NCBI RefSeq assembly: GCF_001194135.2
Contig: NC_068987.1
Location: 17,438,689-17,493,547 of the forward strand
Length of the DNA stretch: 54,859 nucleotides
Source of the DNA: Octopus bimaculoides
Lineage: Eukaryota
Direction of reading: 5' to 3'
The position numbers and the translations under genes are program-made. The notes under the pieces are model-generated. The model saw nothing but the letters and a program-made list of their open reading frames with translations, had not been told where the DNA came from and ran no database searches. Shown in pieces: positions 39,841-54,520 of the stretch (positions within the stretch are counted from its first letter, which is position 1; each line of letters opens with the position of its first letter).

Positions 39841-41850
39841 TATACATCGACATGTATATATATATATATATATACACATATATTTATATTTATATACACG
39901 TACACACGCGCACACTCACGCACGCACACACACAAACACACATACAAGAACGGAGTAGATAAGATCCACGCTGCATATGTTTCATTGAGACGGGAACCTC
40001 AGAAGTGGTAAATATCCGGGCGAGGTGTATACAGCAGGCTACTCTTTATGTCGAGGATATTCAGTAACAGTTCTTTGCAGTAAAGGCCATTTGTCAACAT
40101 AATTTTGACTATTCTATTACTCTCATTTTCATTAATTTTTTTATTCTCCAGTACGATCTTCTTTCAAAATGCACATTGTGTACATTTTATTCACAGTCCG
40201 AACAAGCTTAATTAACTTTAATCAACCGTTAATATTTGTGCTCCATCATACTTTTTTGTACATTGTAATGACTTTTCTTTATTCAATCATTGTTTTACCC
40301 AAGCAACTTCTAAATCTATCGACAGTTTGTCATTGCTTTAAAATAAACATTAAAATTAGTGTTACACCTTTTCAGTAAACGAGGAATATTTCTCTGTTTG
40401 TGTTTGATTTACTGAACACTTTTTGTATCACTTCCGAACTTTTCAGTTTCTTACGAGCTCTTTGCTTTCCGGTGATCTTGTATGACAATGATGGAAGAGA
40501 TGTCCATGTAATACAAATCATATTTCAACTATATATAACAACTTTTTAACCTAAAGCTGTTAATATGATTTAACTCTGCTTTACATATTGCGAAATATAT
40601 TTTTAATATTCTCCATCTCTCCTTCCTAAACATTCTTTTTCTCTATATATTCGAATCTCTCAGTCTCCCACTTCAACATTGAACGTTGCACATACTAATT
40701 ATCTGCTAACAAAATAATATTCTCTGTTGACTTTCAACCTTTTTTCATCCTTTTTACATATTCTCATTTAATCATTGACGTTGCGATGTAATATGTCACT
40801 CGAAATTGTATTACATTGATCGCGCATATTTCATAATCTTGACACTGCCGACTTCATTTTACCTTGTCATGAATTACTGTTCACATTGGTTTGTCAACCG
40901 CGCAGGAGATTTACAACAGAAATCTCTTAAAGAGTCCAGCCACCACCTCGAGATATGGTTTACTGTATTGCACTGCAGTTATCATTCACCCACTCTAGGA
41001 ACTATTCTGTATTCTGAGACTTTCATAGGGATTATTTTGAATAGCATCAATTACAGCACAGGTAGTATTTCTGTTTCTATTTCACTTAATTGTATGTCAT
41101 AATTTTTACTTTCCAGTATTCTTAGTAAGTCAAAATAATCTATGAAATCTATTTTTACCTGGATAAACACAAGTTAGCAATCTCGACATATTCCTTTGAT
41201 TTCAACTAAAATCAAAATGCTTTCACTAAAGTTCCACTAGTCATGTCCAGCTGAGGCAATTTACTGAAACACTTACTGGTTATAACAATAACTCTAATAT
41301 TTTGAGTAAATACAAAATATTCTTAAATGTAGGCAATCGCTATTTCCCGCTGAGGAAAATTTACTAATGGATGTTTGTATTTTAAGTATGCTTTCTCTTG
41401 AATGATAATCGCTAATTCAAGCTGAGAAAATTTACTGACACAAAGGACGCAAACATTGTTGATATTTTGAATATTAATAACATAATCATTCGCATTGTCT
41501 GCTTTATTATTGTTTAAGTTGTTTATTAATTCAAAATATGAGCAGTCTACTGCCTAGTGATCGAAATATGATTATTGTTTCTCGCTATTTGCGATTTATG
41601 AACTCTGTTCAAAGAAATATTCTTTGTGTTTTCTTTTCCCATTATTTGACCAGTATCTTCATTACCGTTCTTTATGGCTAATCTCAGAACATTTAACTGT
41701 TTAGTAAAAATTTGATTTCTATTTAAGTAAATCACATTCATTAGTGTGTTCATAATTATTAGTTAGGCTGTCTAATAGAAAGTAGCGGAATGAATTACCT
41801 AGATCATATATTGTATATTATACATTGGAAATATCAATGTCTTAATTTAA

Positions 41851-42047
41851 GGTGGCGAAATGGCTGAGCCGTCAGCACGCCGGCGAAAGGCATAGTGACT
41901 TTTCATCTGTTTTTGTTCTGATTTCAAATTCTACCGAGGTCGACTTTGCTTTTCATCCTTTTGGGGTCTATAGAATAAGTACTGGGGTTGATGTCATAGT
42001 CTTATCCCCTCCTCCGAAATTGCTGGCATTGAGTCAAAATTTGAAAC
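41851..42047 (+). mobile_element. SINE family B (tail type ...ccgaaattgctggcattgagtcaaaatttgaaac)
   Basis: Core ccgaggtcgactttgcttttcatccttttgggg; tail homologous to the 11718 copy. Confidence 0.75.
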
Positions 42048-44985
42048 GAATGTTAATGTCTTGATCAATGTGGGAATACTCAAATATTTCATACAATTTC
42101 TTATTGTTTCAACCCTTGGTAGTTGTAATTCGTTTAATCTAAAGTTGAATATTGCTTTGAAAAGAATAATGTGAGAGATTGGATTCAAATCAATATGAGA
42201 GGCATATTGAATTTTAAACATGAGTTTTTGCACTTCAGATAAATGTGGTAGAGTAATTGGCATTACCTCTGGAATATTATTCCACGAAAAAGTTATGTTC
42301 CAGCATTAGAACCTAATTTACTAGATTACAATATGACGACCGTATAATTTCATTTCGTGCATTGGCAATCTATCTTCTTAAAGCATTGATTGCACTCTGT
42401 GATTTATCGTAGATTATCTAGCAGGATCTTTAGTGCATGGAACAAAATTCAAGACTGTTTTAGAATGTACTATATACCATCGAAATTTGTTTGATAGCAC
42501 AATGTTGTCATTTCAAGTATTTTTCGTTATTTACGTGTATCATTGTAAATTGTTTCTTTGCTCACTTGTTTAAAAGGAAACTTAATACATAATTTTCTTG
42601 TAATTCTCTTCGATCTAACGTGATCTTCATTATTTTCGCCAGTTGTCCTATCGGGACTTTCTTGTGTCATTTTCATAATTAGGAGGTGTAATTAGACGTG
42701 CTGAAATATGATTCAGAGTAATATCCTTGGTTGTTGATTATTGAAAGATCAATATTCTTTATCGATTTATTTTGTACTATCACAATTTTATTATATTGCC
42801 TGAGTACAAGAATTCCTCCCGGCACTTGTTAAATCCTCTGACAATCATCATACGGCATTTCTTCAGTATTTCGTTTTTATTTCTTTCCATTTTATAGGAT
42901 GTTATTCTCCTACTTCATTGCTTTATACTGCAGTTGCTTTATTGCATCAAAAAACAAGTATTTGTTGATTCCAGCCCGTTTCTGTAATATTCTAAGGCCA
43001 CATTATATCTATGTACATTGTGTATTTATTTTTAGAATGTTTCAAATGAATATTCTATTTTCATATTATTTCTATTTCCTTCCTTGTTGTAAAGTATTTG
43101 TTTAAGTTAATTTTTCTAAATCGAAATGTTAAGACACACGTTATTGATTGTCAGTCTTGCTCCAATTTAAAAAGGAATTCATAGTTCCTTTTATTTTTAT
43201 ATAATAAGAGTCATTGAAAGAGTTTGTTATATCTGGACGCTATGCCAATTAAAACACCTTCTTTTCAGTAGATACAAATGTCTTTATTTTTATTGTGTGA
43301 TTTTTATTGTCTGAACGTCTTGGGATTCATTAGTTTGGTGTTTGGATTTTGTAGTTTTAATTATATTAAAATCAATCCAGGTAATATGTGTTCAGTTTAT
43401 AATACGGTAATTTTCTGTATGTCTTTGGATTTCGGATAAGTATACAACACTTTGTGTTTCAATTATCCCCAAAACCCTGATAATTATAAGGATCGTTCCG
43501 ATGTTTAAGTTCCCATATACTTTTAGATATCTCTATTTCAAGGTCACATGAAACTTTTGAAATTGTATACATATAATATGATCTGTTTAGACTGATATAT
43601 TCATCAGGACTTGCATCAAAATATAATTAGTGCATAAAGGTACTGTATTTTCTTCTGCAGCTGTTTATCAAATGAGATACACCTCATTCAAAATGCTTGC
43701 ACACACATAACAATACAGACATATACACTCATATGATACATATACACCACGTATGTTACTTTTAATCGAATATAATTCGATATATCTAAATGAGTCACAT
43801 CGTTATTATATTAAAAGTGAGCAGTGAGGTGGCAATTGTCAGCTATAAACATTACAACTCCTGAACTCGACATTTCGAGGTCTTTCACTTCGTCACTATT
43901 TTCACGAAAAATTATATCAAATGTACAACAACATGCAAAATAGCAAAAATCAATCAGAATTAACTCAAGTGTGTAATATCGCATAGAAGTTGTTCGTCCT
44001 CAAGCAATAATATAATGAAACCTACTAATTAAATCGTGAAATTATAGCTTCGCAACAACATACCAAGCTTGATTTTCTAAACGATGTTATTCTTGTATTT
44101 TATTTTCCCTATTTAATTTTCATGTTTCGTTGGCGAAAGGAGTTTGTCATTTGTATTTTTTCTCTTTTTGTTTTTTTTTTAACAAGTAGGATTCAGAACA
44201 AGACTGGACGTTCTGTAAAGTGGATAATAATTGATCGATAGATCAATAAATCATTTTAATTCTTTTATTATTTTAATATTTATTCTATATTTTTGCATTC
44301 ACACCGATTCGTGTCAGCATAAATGAAGCACGTTAGCTGATAGGATATTATGTGGTTATGACTTTTATTTTGCTGATGATGGGAGTTTTTGCCTGTATCA
44401 TAAAAGTCAGGAATGCCAGTGAAAAGAAGGTATTAGAAAACATTGAAAATTGTAGCAGAAGAACAAAAAAAAAAACACGAATAAATACGAAAATTTAATG
44501 ATTTTCCATTAAAAACACTACAACTAATAATAATAATAATCATGTAACAAAAAGGTTATGAATAAAATATGCAAACAATAAACAGTTTGGATAGAAGAGA
44601 AAAGAGAGATTAGCAGATGCAAAATGTGAAACAGTTCGAATTCATAATAAAATAACTCCTCATTATGAAATCAACAATAATTTGAAAAATGAGGAAATGT
44701 TCATAGGTCTTGACGTTTGTTATAAAAGGAACTCAGATATTCACAAGTCTTTTATGAAAATGAAGAAATACGGAAAAAAAAAGAAAAGAAATACATAATA
44801 AATCATAAAATGAGGAATAGCAAAAATGAGAAATGTTCTTAGCAGAATATACATACAGTGATTCGCTCTAGTGGCCTATCATTAACTCAAAATCAATTTT
44901 AAAAGAATCTGGCTTGACTTACGCAAATTAGTCATACAGGTACATATTAACGCAAAGACAACATACATATGCATACAACCAAACA

Positions 44986-45038
44986 CACATACACAGGCAC
45001 GTGCACACACACACATACACACACACACACACACGCAT

Positions 45039-45096
<58 letters not shown>

Positions 45097-45253
45097 TAAG
45101 TTAGAGTGTTAATCGAAACATATACGAGACTATGTACGCATTTTCCTTATGATCCGTAGATATATGTACATATATATGTGTGTGAGTGTGTGCGTGCGTG
45201 TGTCTCTGTTTGTGTGTGTGTATACCTGCATAAATACAGACACACATACATGC

Positions 45254-45315
<62 letters not shown>

Positions 45316-45346
45316 GTATGTATGTATGTGTGTATCTATCTATCTA

Positions 45347-45381
<35 letters not shown>

Positions 45382-45467
45382 GCATACAGACATGCATTTA
45401 TATATATATACATATATATATATAAATGTATGTATGTGTGCGTGTATATATATATACATAGAGATAG

Positions 45468-45549
<82 letters not shown>
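44986..45549. repeat. Compound (CA)n/(TA)n/(GATA)n microsatellite tract
   Basis: Directly visible. Confidence 0.9.
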
Positions 45550-46521
45550 GATTGCATTTTAGTTCTTGAAGGGCATATTTGTTTTTGAAGCTGTTGTACT
45601 CAGTAATGTTCATTATAGATCGAGCTCTATAAAATGGCGTCTCTGACTCGGCTTTGATCACCAGCATTAACCAATACATTTCGCCTTCAGAAATCTGTAA
45701 AAGCGTCGTGATTTTTATTGTTTCTTTTTCTTTTTCTTTTTGCAATACGTTTACCGTATAGCGCTTATTCTACAGAAAATAGTGGTATTATGAGATTAAT
45801 ACTCTACCTGATGCACTACAATTGCGGTAAAATAACACAGAAGTACTAGGTGATTTTAATCGATTATCCTCCTTCCTCAAAACGAAGTATCATGTACTAA
45901 TGTTAGAATTCAATGTATGAAGTTAATTTTACATGACCTTTACGATACGAGAAAACTCCCTTCTTCAGCGAAATGAGAGGAAGAGGTATAGCTACATAAT
46001 ATAGAAATGTTTATTATTTCTAATAGCTATAAATTTACATGATTTGGAATGGCTACATGTTTATAATTCCTAGTCCCTTTATTCCTTTCAGATAATTCAA
46101 TCATGTCTTTCGTTATGCACCTTCACTTTGAGTGATATAATAGTTGAGCTGTAATTGCTATATTGAATGGGGTATTGAATGAAAATTGCTATGTTCTGTT
46201 TGTTTTCGAGAGTAGAAGCCAATACACGAAGGAAAAGTATCGGCAATGATCAATTTTCAATTTTGAACATTGCGGAATACATTCTTTCAGGATACAGCAG
46301 TTTAGTACCGCTTAGGTTTCTTGAACAGGAAATGAATTCCTAAATTTGTATTTCGACACTAAATATGTAAGTTAAAGAATCATGTAGTAGTCATGAATTT
46401 TATAGCTAATTAAGTTCCGGTAGTAAAGCGCTGTTACGATAGCGCTGTTTGAGAATTTCCATCATAAAAGGAATATTATAATCAAAGGAGTCATTAACAT
46501 AGTCCACCTATCTGTATGTAT

Positions 46522-46604
<83 letters not shown>

Positions 46605-47336
46605 CTACGTGGTAGAAATGCATGCATGGTAGATTCGTCTATTTCAGCGTAGAGTGAAAACATGAGCAATGTTATTTTCGAACATAGTTTCGAACCTTCC
46701 TTGGTTCTCCTCGGAGCTGTCTACATAATTTCACCGATCAGAGAGAAATAAGCTTTATTTGATAACCAATCTAGCAAGCAGCAAGCCCAACCTTTGGAAG
46801 AAAACAATTAGATCCTTCCTAAACTTATTTAATTCATGGCAAAATATAAGCTCCTATGAGCACACATAATTCAGGCCCGTCATATGCCCTCATCGGTAGA
46901 TCGAAAAGAGAATGCTCACACTTTCTGACCTAGGTAGAATCCTCGTAAAACCAGAGGGGGTTTTCCGCATGTCTGATAATATCTATTTCCGGGTTATTTG
47001 ATATACAGAAATTTCAGCGAGATAAATAGTCAACATGCGCATATATATGCGCATTTTGGCTATTTGTGTCGCTAAGATTGGCCAGGTGAAAAAACCCATA
47101 TAAGATTCGAAAATCGATAAACGGTGTTTGTCATTTTCCCCATCCACGGAGAAATATGTTTAACATGTTTGTATCCCTATCTACGTTTGCATATGGGATA
47201 CACACTCACAAGCATACATACATTCATACATGTATACATATATACATACGCGCATACACACCACATACATACACAAACACACATACATACANNNNNNNNN
47301 NATGGATAGATACATACATACACAAACACACATACA

Positions 47337-47368
<32 letters not shown>

Positions 47369-47786
47369 AATATGTGTGTTTGTGTGTGTATTTATCTTTC
47401 CCTTTATATATGCATGAGATTCCTTGACCCTCTTAAGTCGTAAGATCATTGCACAATTAAATAATTGTAAATTAAATAGAACTCGACTAAAGGATGTAAG
47501 TAATCTTCTCTAAACGGAGAGTATTTCTTATGAGGTTGGCCTTATTTCGTAGGTGTACAGCCAGAAATAATTAGTAAGATATATTGGAATACATCGCAGA
47601 TAAGAAACGAAGTGAATAAGTTTTAAATAAATTAACATTTGAGAAATGTTGTTACTTAGAATACATGCGAAAAGTATTATAATTTCGTACTGATATTCTC
47701 AAGAGAATAAAGTCAGAGAAGTATAGTTCTGTAGCTGTGAATAAAGAATTGTCGTTGTCACGATACTGCTTGAAATATATATCATA

Positions 47787-47820
<34 letters not shown>

Positions 47821-48011
47821 NNNNNNNNNNNNNNNNNNNNNNNNNNNNNNNNNNNNNNNNNNNNNNNNNNNNNNNNNNNNNNNNNNNNNNNNNNNNNNNN
47901 NNNNNNNNNNNNNNNNNNNNNNNNNNNNNNNNNNNNNNNNNNNNNNNNNNNNNNNNNNNNNNNNNNNNNNNNNNNNNNNNNNNNNNNNNNNNNNNNNNNN
48001 NNNNNNNNNNN

Positions 48012-48054
<43 letters not shown>

Positions 48055-48454
48055 CATTTGATTAACGGGATCTATAAATGGCCGTGGCGTGTCAAACTGA
48101 AGCACGCCACAATTAATGGCTGGACAGAATGACGCTCACCAGACAGTTATATAATGCATTATTATAGAACTTTGCCGTTGTTTGGTAATCCGCAATACCA
48201 ATATCCAAAAGTATCTAAAAGGGAATGGAACGTTAAACATGGCAGAAAAATGTAATAAAAAAAAAAACAGTCGAATGAGATATTTTGTTCTCCTAGAATT
48301 GTTTCATTAAGATTTTTTTTTTATTCTGGTATAACCATGGTGCAGTGATTTGTACAGAATTCGCAACATTAATACAATTATATCATTCGTTTTACAACGC
48401 CCAACTCATTAGGCTAGCAAGCAGTGACATATAGATTAATTAATAGCTCAAAGT

Positions 48455-48600
48455 TGTGAGTTCAAATTCCGCCGAGGTTGACTTTGCCTTTTATCCTTTC
48501 GGGGTCGATAAATTAAGCACAAGTTGCGTACTGTGGTTGATCTAATCAACAGGCCCCCTCCCCAAAACTTTTCGGGCTTTGTGCCGAGAGTAGAAAAGAA
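48455..48600 (+). mobile_element. SINE family B, 5'-truncated
   Basis: gagttcaaattccgccgaggttgactttgccttttatcctttcggggtcgataaattaag plus a tail like the 22541 copy. Confidence 0.85.
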
Positions 48601-51600
48601 CAGTTCATCAACAAATGAAATTTCCTATCAGAATTTTAAGAAGTATAAAGTGGGTGGGACTACAAACTCTCGATTCCAATGTGGGTAGTTGAATGAGACT
48701 GAATATTAAAGAATAGTTAAAAGGCAATTATTCTAAAGGTGTCATTAAACTCAGCAGCCTGTACACCAGTAGATAGGCTTGTACAGCGGTAAATAGCAGG
48801 CGCCAAGCATGACTTCTGATCTTATCTAAATATAACCTATGACAGATGATAATGTTCTAAAACGACATTTATTGTTATATTGTTTTGTGTACTAATGAGG
48901 GATGCGATTAATAAATTCCACTGTTACTGATATATTTACTTACTTCATCCTGATCAACGTCTTCCGATTAATCGTAGCAGTGATTGTAAAATGTTAGCTT
49001 TAATTAAGGAAGATGCAGCTAATAACTTCACAGGAAATAACTTCAAGAAAACCGTAGAAAATAACGAAGGTCGCTGCGAAATTTCAAGCGAGGAGTGAAA
49101 AGAAAGAGGTGATAGAGAAGGAAAAGGAAATGAAAAGGATTAATAAATAGAGATAGCCGTTATCTTAGTCTTAGTGACCATAATCTTTCCTAACTTAGCG
49201 GAAACAGAATAGGATAAACCAATAAGTGAACATAGCCAAAACATTGTCCGGAAGACAGTATTGGTATAAAACAAATATATGAGTATACTATACTAAGGAA
49301 CGTAATTTTGGGAAGAGTGTCAACGTACACACATATACTTATAAATTTATGTTATTCATATGTCGAACTTAGAAAGATCAGTTATCTGTAATGACGTTAC
49401 GAGTTGAAAGGACAAAAGAAACATAGAAGGAAAATCAGAACCCATATTCCCTCTAAAAACATGAATCCTAAGTTTTAACTTTTAATTTCCTCTTTCCAAA
49501 ATTTAGTTAATTTTATTTGAAAGCAACCTGTAAAAAGAACACGCGACAAAGTACAAAATGAAAGACAATTTTTTCTTTATAAAATATGTTAAATAATTCT
49601 TGTTAGATAAATTTGTTTTAATATTATGTTGAATAAAGTTTTAAAAAGTAATATTGCAACGATTTCATATATGTCTTGTGTTACACGTGCTTCTAGATAT
49701 TTTTCGTTTTGCTTTTATTTTGTCCTACATTGGCCACGGTCTTTGGGCTGGAACACAGAGAAGAATTTTCATTTCCGTTCAAAAATGAAACTATATGTCT
49801 ATAACTTTAATATCAAATCTCAGACAATCAAACATCTTCATTTATTTATTTTTTTATTAGTGCTGTCATTGTCATATTTTTTATGTTACTTCAACTGGTT
49901 GCATTATTCTTCCATACTTATTTTATTTCTATCCATATTTTATTCAGTCTCTTCATCTTCTTATTTTTCCAGATGTAATATTTTCATTTTTTCTAGCTAA
50001 TTATTGTAAAAATTTGCCTTCATATACATAAATGCATTTTATTTTTTTGCTTTGCCTCAAGTGAGCAGGTTTCAAGGTTAAAGGAAAATTCAATATATCT
50101 TCAGAATGAGGAATATTTCTTTCCTTTCCTTAAATAATTTCACTCCTTATTTTTATATCCCATCTATTATTATAAAGTTAGAATCAATATTTGCAATGTA
50201 TAAATTTCTAGGACGATTTTCCCGGTTTCACAATTATCATATCGCAACTGCCAAGTTGCACATAAAAATAGCAAGAAATACATATTTCATATTTTGTAGA
50301 GACATTTCTTAATTTCTTTATGATTGTTCTTTTGGAATATTTTCGCATATTTATAGCAAATCATATTAAAATATATTTTAATTTCTTAGTATACAAAATA
50401 TTCAAAAGCAGTCATGGAAAAAACGTCGGTGAAAATGTCAATTATTAACATAGGCGAATTTGATTTTGATAACGTAGGTGATCTCAATGTTTAAATAATA
50501 GGAGAAAATACAGGCTTCACACAACTTATAACAGAACCTGTGTAGCATGAGGAAAACGCCGTCAGGGGAGCAATACTGTCAGTGCAAGAGAATTGTCTCG
50601 TACACCAGATTTATATGAGTTTGATATGTGTTAGTACTTTTGACCAAATGAACACAGACACGATTAAAATATAAAAAAATTCTGAAGTAGCAATAGAATC
50701 CAATGAAAACATTGGATTTACAAAATTTCAAAATATAGCCAATTATTCCTTTAGGTGCGGTCAAAATAAAGAATCCTTAACGTGCCCAGCAAACTGACGA
50801 CTAAGTCACATGCAGATTGGTCAAAATACAGCTAGTAAGTTGCAGCCTGCTGGAGCCCATCGGAGGGTATTTAAAGGTTAAATACAACCGTTTAATTACA
50901 GTTGTCCATTGTGGAACACGACTGTAAACTATATAAAGCTCATGATTTCGTAGCGCATGAAGGTCATAGTTTATTTCAATATTGTAAAATTGCAAATAAT
51001 GAAACGTCAATATCGGACTAAGTTGAAGTGTTAATGAATAATATNNNNNNNNNNNNNNNNNNNNNNNNNNNNNNNNNNNNNNNNNNNNNNNNNNNNNNNN
51101 NNNNNNNNNNNNNNNNNNNNNNNNNNNNNNNNNNNNNNNNNNNNNNNNNNNNNNNNNNNNNNNNNNNNNNNNNNNNNNNNNNNNNNNNNNNNNNNNNNNN
51201 NNNNNNNNNNNNNNNNNNNNNNNNNNNNNNNNNNNNNNNNNNNNNNNNNNNNNNNNNNNNNNNNNNNNNNNNNNNNNNNNNNNNNNNNNNNNNNNNNNNN
51301 NNNNNNNNNNNNNNNNNNNNNNNNNNNNNNNNNNNNNNNNNNNNNNNNNNNNTATATATATATATATATATATATATTAACCTTTTAAGCCGACGTCAGG
51401 ATCAGAAACCAAACCTCGTGATGACATAAATAATAATTATAAAACTATAAGTTTTTCTCATTACCATTAATAATACAAGTTCATACTCATCGATATTACC
51501 ATCTGTGCCAAGAATTGCGTTCAAGGAATAATAATATCTTGGCTTATGGCTTCTTATTGAATTAATTTCTTCACGCCTTGAAACCAATATATATAGTATA

Positions 51601-52517
51601 CTAAATCCAATTACAGCTGAATATTCGACCTTACGTTAGTTTTTTCTCGTAACTGTGACGTTCCAAAATTTGCTTTAATTATTGGTACATTTCCAACATT
51701 TTCTTGTTTGGTCATCTACCAAACAATGGGGGAAAATATTTAATAAATTGATAAATTCAGGTGAACACATGCATACATATGAGCTATAAGGAAAGATACC
51801 GGGAAAAAGACAAATTTTACGTTAAAACCAAATGGAAATTATGTTTAGCTAGTTTTCCATATGATTGATAAATCACAAGCGATTAACAAAATGTATTTTA
51901 ATTTTGGAATATATTAATATTAATATGTTTTCATTTATAGATGAATGTTTACACTACAAGCGAATTCGTGTTTGGTTGCGCTATGCGTGTGTGTATGTGT
52001 GTGTATGTATGTGTATGTATGTATGTGTGTGTATGTGTGTGAATCTGTGTGCTTGTAGTTTTGTACATTCTTTAATGCATAATGTAATAGATAAATGTGA
52101 ATTTATGTTTATTAATGAATGTTTAATCATTATAACATGTAACAATGAGGGCATATATATATNNNNNNNNNNNNNNNNNNNNNNNNNNNNNNNNNNNNNN
52201 NNNNNNNNNNNNNNNNNNNNNNNNNNNNNNNNNNNNNNNNNNNNNNNNNNNNNNNNNNNNNNNNNNNNNNNNNNNNNNNNNNNNNNNNNNNNNNNNNNNN
52301 NNNNNNNNNNNNNNNNNNNNNNNNNNNNNNNNNNNNNNNNNNNNNNNNNNNNNNNNNNNNNNNNNNNNNNNNNNNNNNNNNNNNNNNNNNNNNNNNNTAT
52401 ATATATGTATATATATGCGCATATGCATGTATCGATGTATAACAACACAGGAGAGTAGGTAGAAACTATTGTTATTAGTTTAATGCTCAGTGTTTGGGAA
52501 ATGAGTACAAATGAGCT

Positions 52518-52556
52518 GCGGCGCCATTTTGCGATTTTGCTCTTCTTTACTTCCTG
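52518..52556 (-). promoter_or_regulatory. YY1-like (AAAATGGCGCCGC) and ETS-like (CAGGAAGT) motif pair
   Basis: gcggcgccattttg at 52518-52531 and acttcctg at 52549-52556; motif match only. Confidence 0.2.
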
Positions 52557-52914
52557 TATTTTCTTTTCCTTTTCATCGCTATCTTCTCTTATTCTACATC
52601 AGGCATTACGACGACTTTAAATGCCACCTGATAATCAGTTTACGTCATGTTACTATTCTACCTGATCTTTTAAAATAACTTACATTTCATGATTACCAAA
52701 TACTGGACCATTTCTACCATAGTTAGGGCGTTGATATATCTTGGATTTTTTACGGACTTTGCATTCCCACAGTAACGAACATAGACTTTCTCAGTTATTG
52801 AGGGAATATGTGTTTGTACAATTATATTTGAAGGAATATATGTTTGTACTATCATATTTAAAAGAAAAGTTCGTGAACACTCCAAAGACGAAATACCATT
52901 TACTGCGGAAGTAG

Positions 52915-53556
52915 TGTTTGTTTAAGTTGGTAAATCCAGCCATAATCTTTACCTTCAGTTCATCGTTGGTGTTACAAGGAATGTTGATGGTCTCTCGCTT
53001 AACTGCACCCCACACATAATAATCAAGGGGTTGCAATCTAAGGAGTTAGGTGGCTACATGTTAGTGGTGACATGGTCGCAGAAATTGTGTGATAGCTATT
53101 AGTGGCTGCTCCTGCTTGTGTAGTATGGTGCAAAGTCATGTTGTCAGATATAGGGTGTTCCAGTAGCCACCCTCTTGACACGAGACAGCACTACCTCCTG
53201 CAGGCACTTGCTGTAGGTCTCCGTGTTGGGTCTGAAGCCGTGTGGGAGGACAAATGGAGGCATAATGTCGCCATCATTAGTGATCACTCCAAACATTCTG
53301 ATATTGACTGAATGTTTGATTTTTATCACTCTTAGCTTGGCACCCAAACACTATGCAGTATTCGAATTGGAGCCAAGCAGTACAGCAGCTTGTTTTCAAA
53401 TTTCTGGCAAAGTAGATTGCCTCATGATGCTGTTTTTCTCATACACGATGTCGCAACTGAACCTGTCTTAATATGTATTCAACAAAATAAGAACAAACAA
53501 TGCGCATGTGTGAAATTTAAAATATAAATTGCTGACAATTTACCTATCGCAACTTG
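52915..53556 (-). mobile_element. Tc1/mariner DD37D (maT-type) element, second copy, more decayed and 3'-truncated
   Basis: VIKIKHSVNIRMFGVITNDGDIMPPFVLPHG...QHDFAP...LDYYVWGAVKRET...ELKVKIMAGFTNLNK is collinear with 25610-26473. Confidence 0.88.
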
Positions 53557-54520
53557 CACGTGCACATATAAGTGAATGTGTGTGTGGGTATGTGTATGGA
53601 TAGCTATATAAATACGTATGTTTCTATACACACATGCGTTTCTTTATTATATATTACTTACACACACGCGTTTCTATACATACACACGTTCCTATGTTAT
53701 ATAATACACACCTCCACACGTGCGCATTAACTGTATAGCACCAGTTATTTTTATTATTTAAAATATCGTTCTTTGTTAAAATATCGTCCTTTGTGTAACT
53801 GTAGTACATTCTGCATATATATGGTTTCAGAAATGCGAAATATGATATTAAAGTGGACTGAGCAAAACTTTCAAAAAGTAAACGTCATATTTCCTTCATT
53901 TACGCGAAAAATATCTAAACCATACGAAAGAAAATAACAGCACTATCATAATGGTTGAATTGGAGTTCTCCTGAAGCATTTACTTTGTTGGATTATGAAG
54001 GCGGAAGTACTACAGAATGAATGTAAGCAGAATTACAATAGATAAGTATACATATAAATGCAAGAGCGTACTTCTGACATTTTTATGTAGTTTATGCTTC
54101 ATAGTTTATGTCTACTTGAAATAATTCTCTTTCATGATGTTAAATGATACTTTCATGAATCTGAATATAATATAATGTATTATACATATATACATATATA
54201 TGTGTGTGTGTGTTTGTGTGTATAAATACATGCATACATATATACATACATGTATAAGTACACACCCACACACATATAGATATACGTTGGTTGAATCTGT
54301 TTCACAGTAAGTGTACTTATGTAGAAATTCAGGACTCCATGTGTGAAACAAATTTTGTATTTTTTTACTTTCAGGTGTAATTATATATATATATTTATAT
54401 TTTCAAGATATTTCTCCCTCATGCATTAAAATACATCTAAAGATACGGTTCTGGTGTCTCAACCGATTGTTGATAACCTTCAGGTATAAAATAAATAAAT
54501 GAATAAATATATATATATAT

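Noticed and set aside
42898-43105. Strong acceptor followed by a 68-aa hydrophobic ORF
   Set aside because: AT-rich F/Y/I/L/C composition typical of random sequence; no convincing donor or homology.
45550-45745. Minus-strand open frame ISEGEMYWLMLVIKAESETPFYRAR...
   Set aside because: No recognisable domain or donor site, and it runs into a (GATA)n repeat.
48076-48109. 8-bp inverted repeat gtggcgtg...cacgccac
   Set aside because: Too short for a miRNA hairpin, and no Helitron or other element context is evident.
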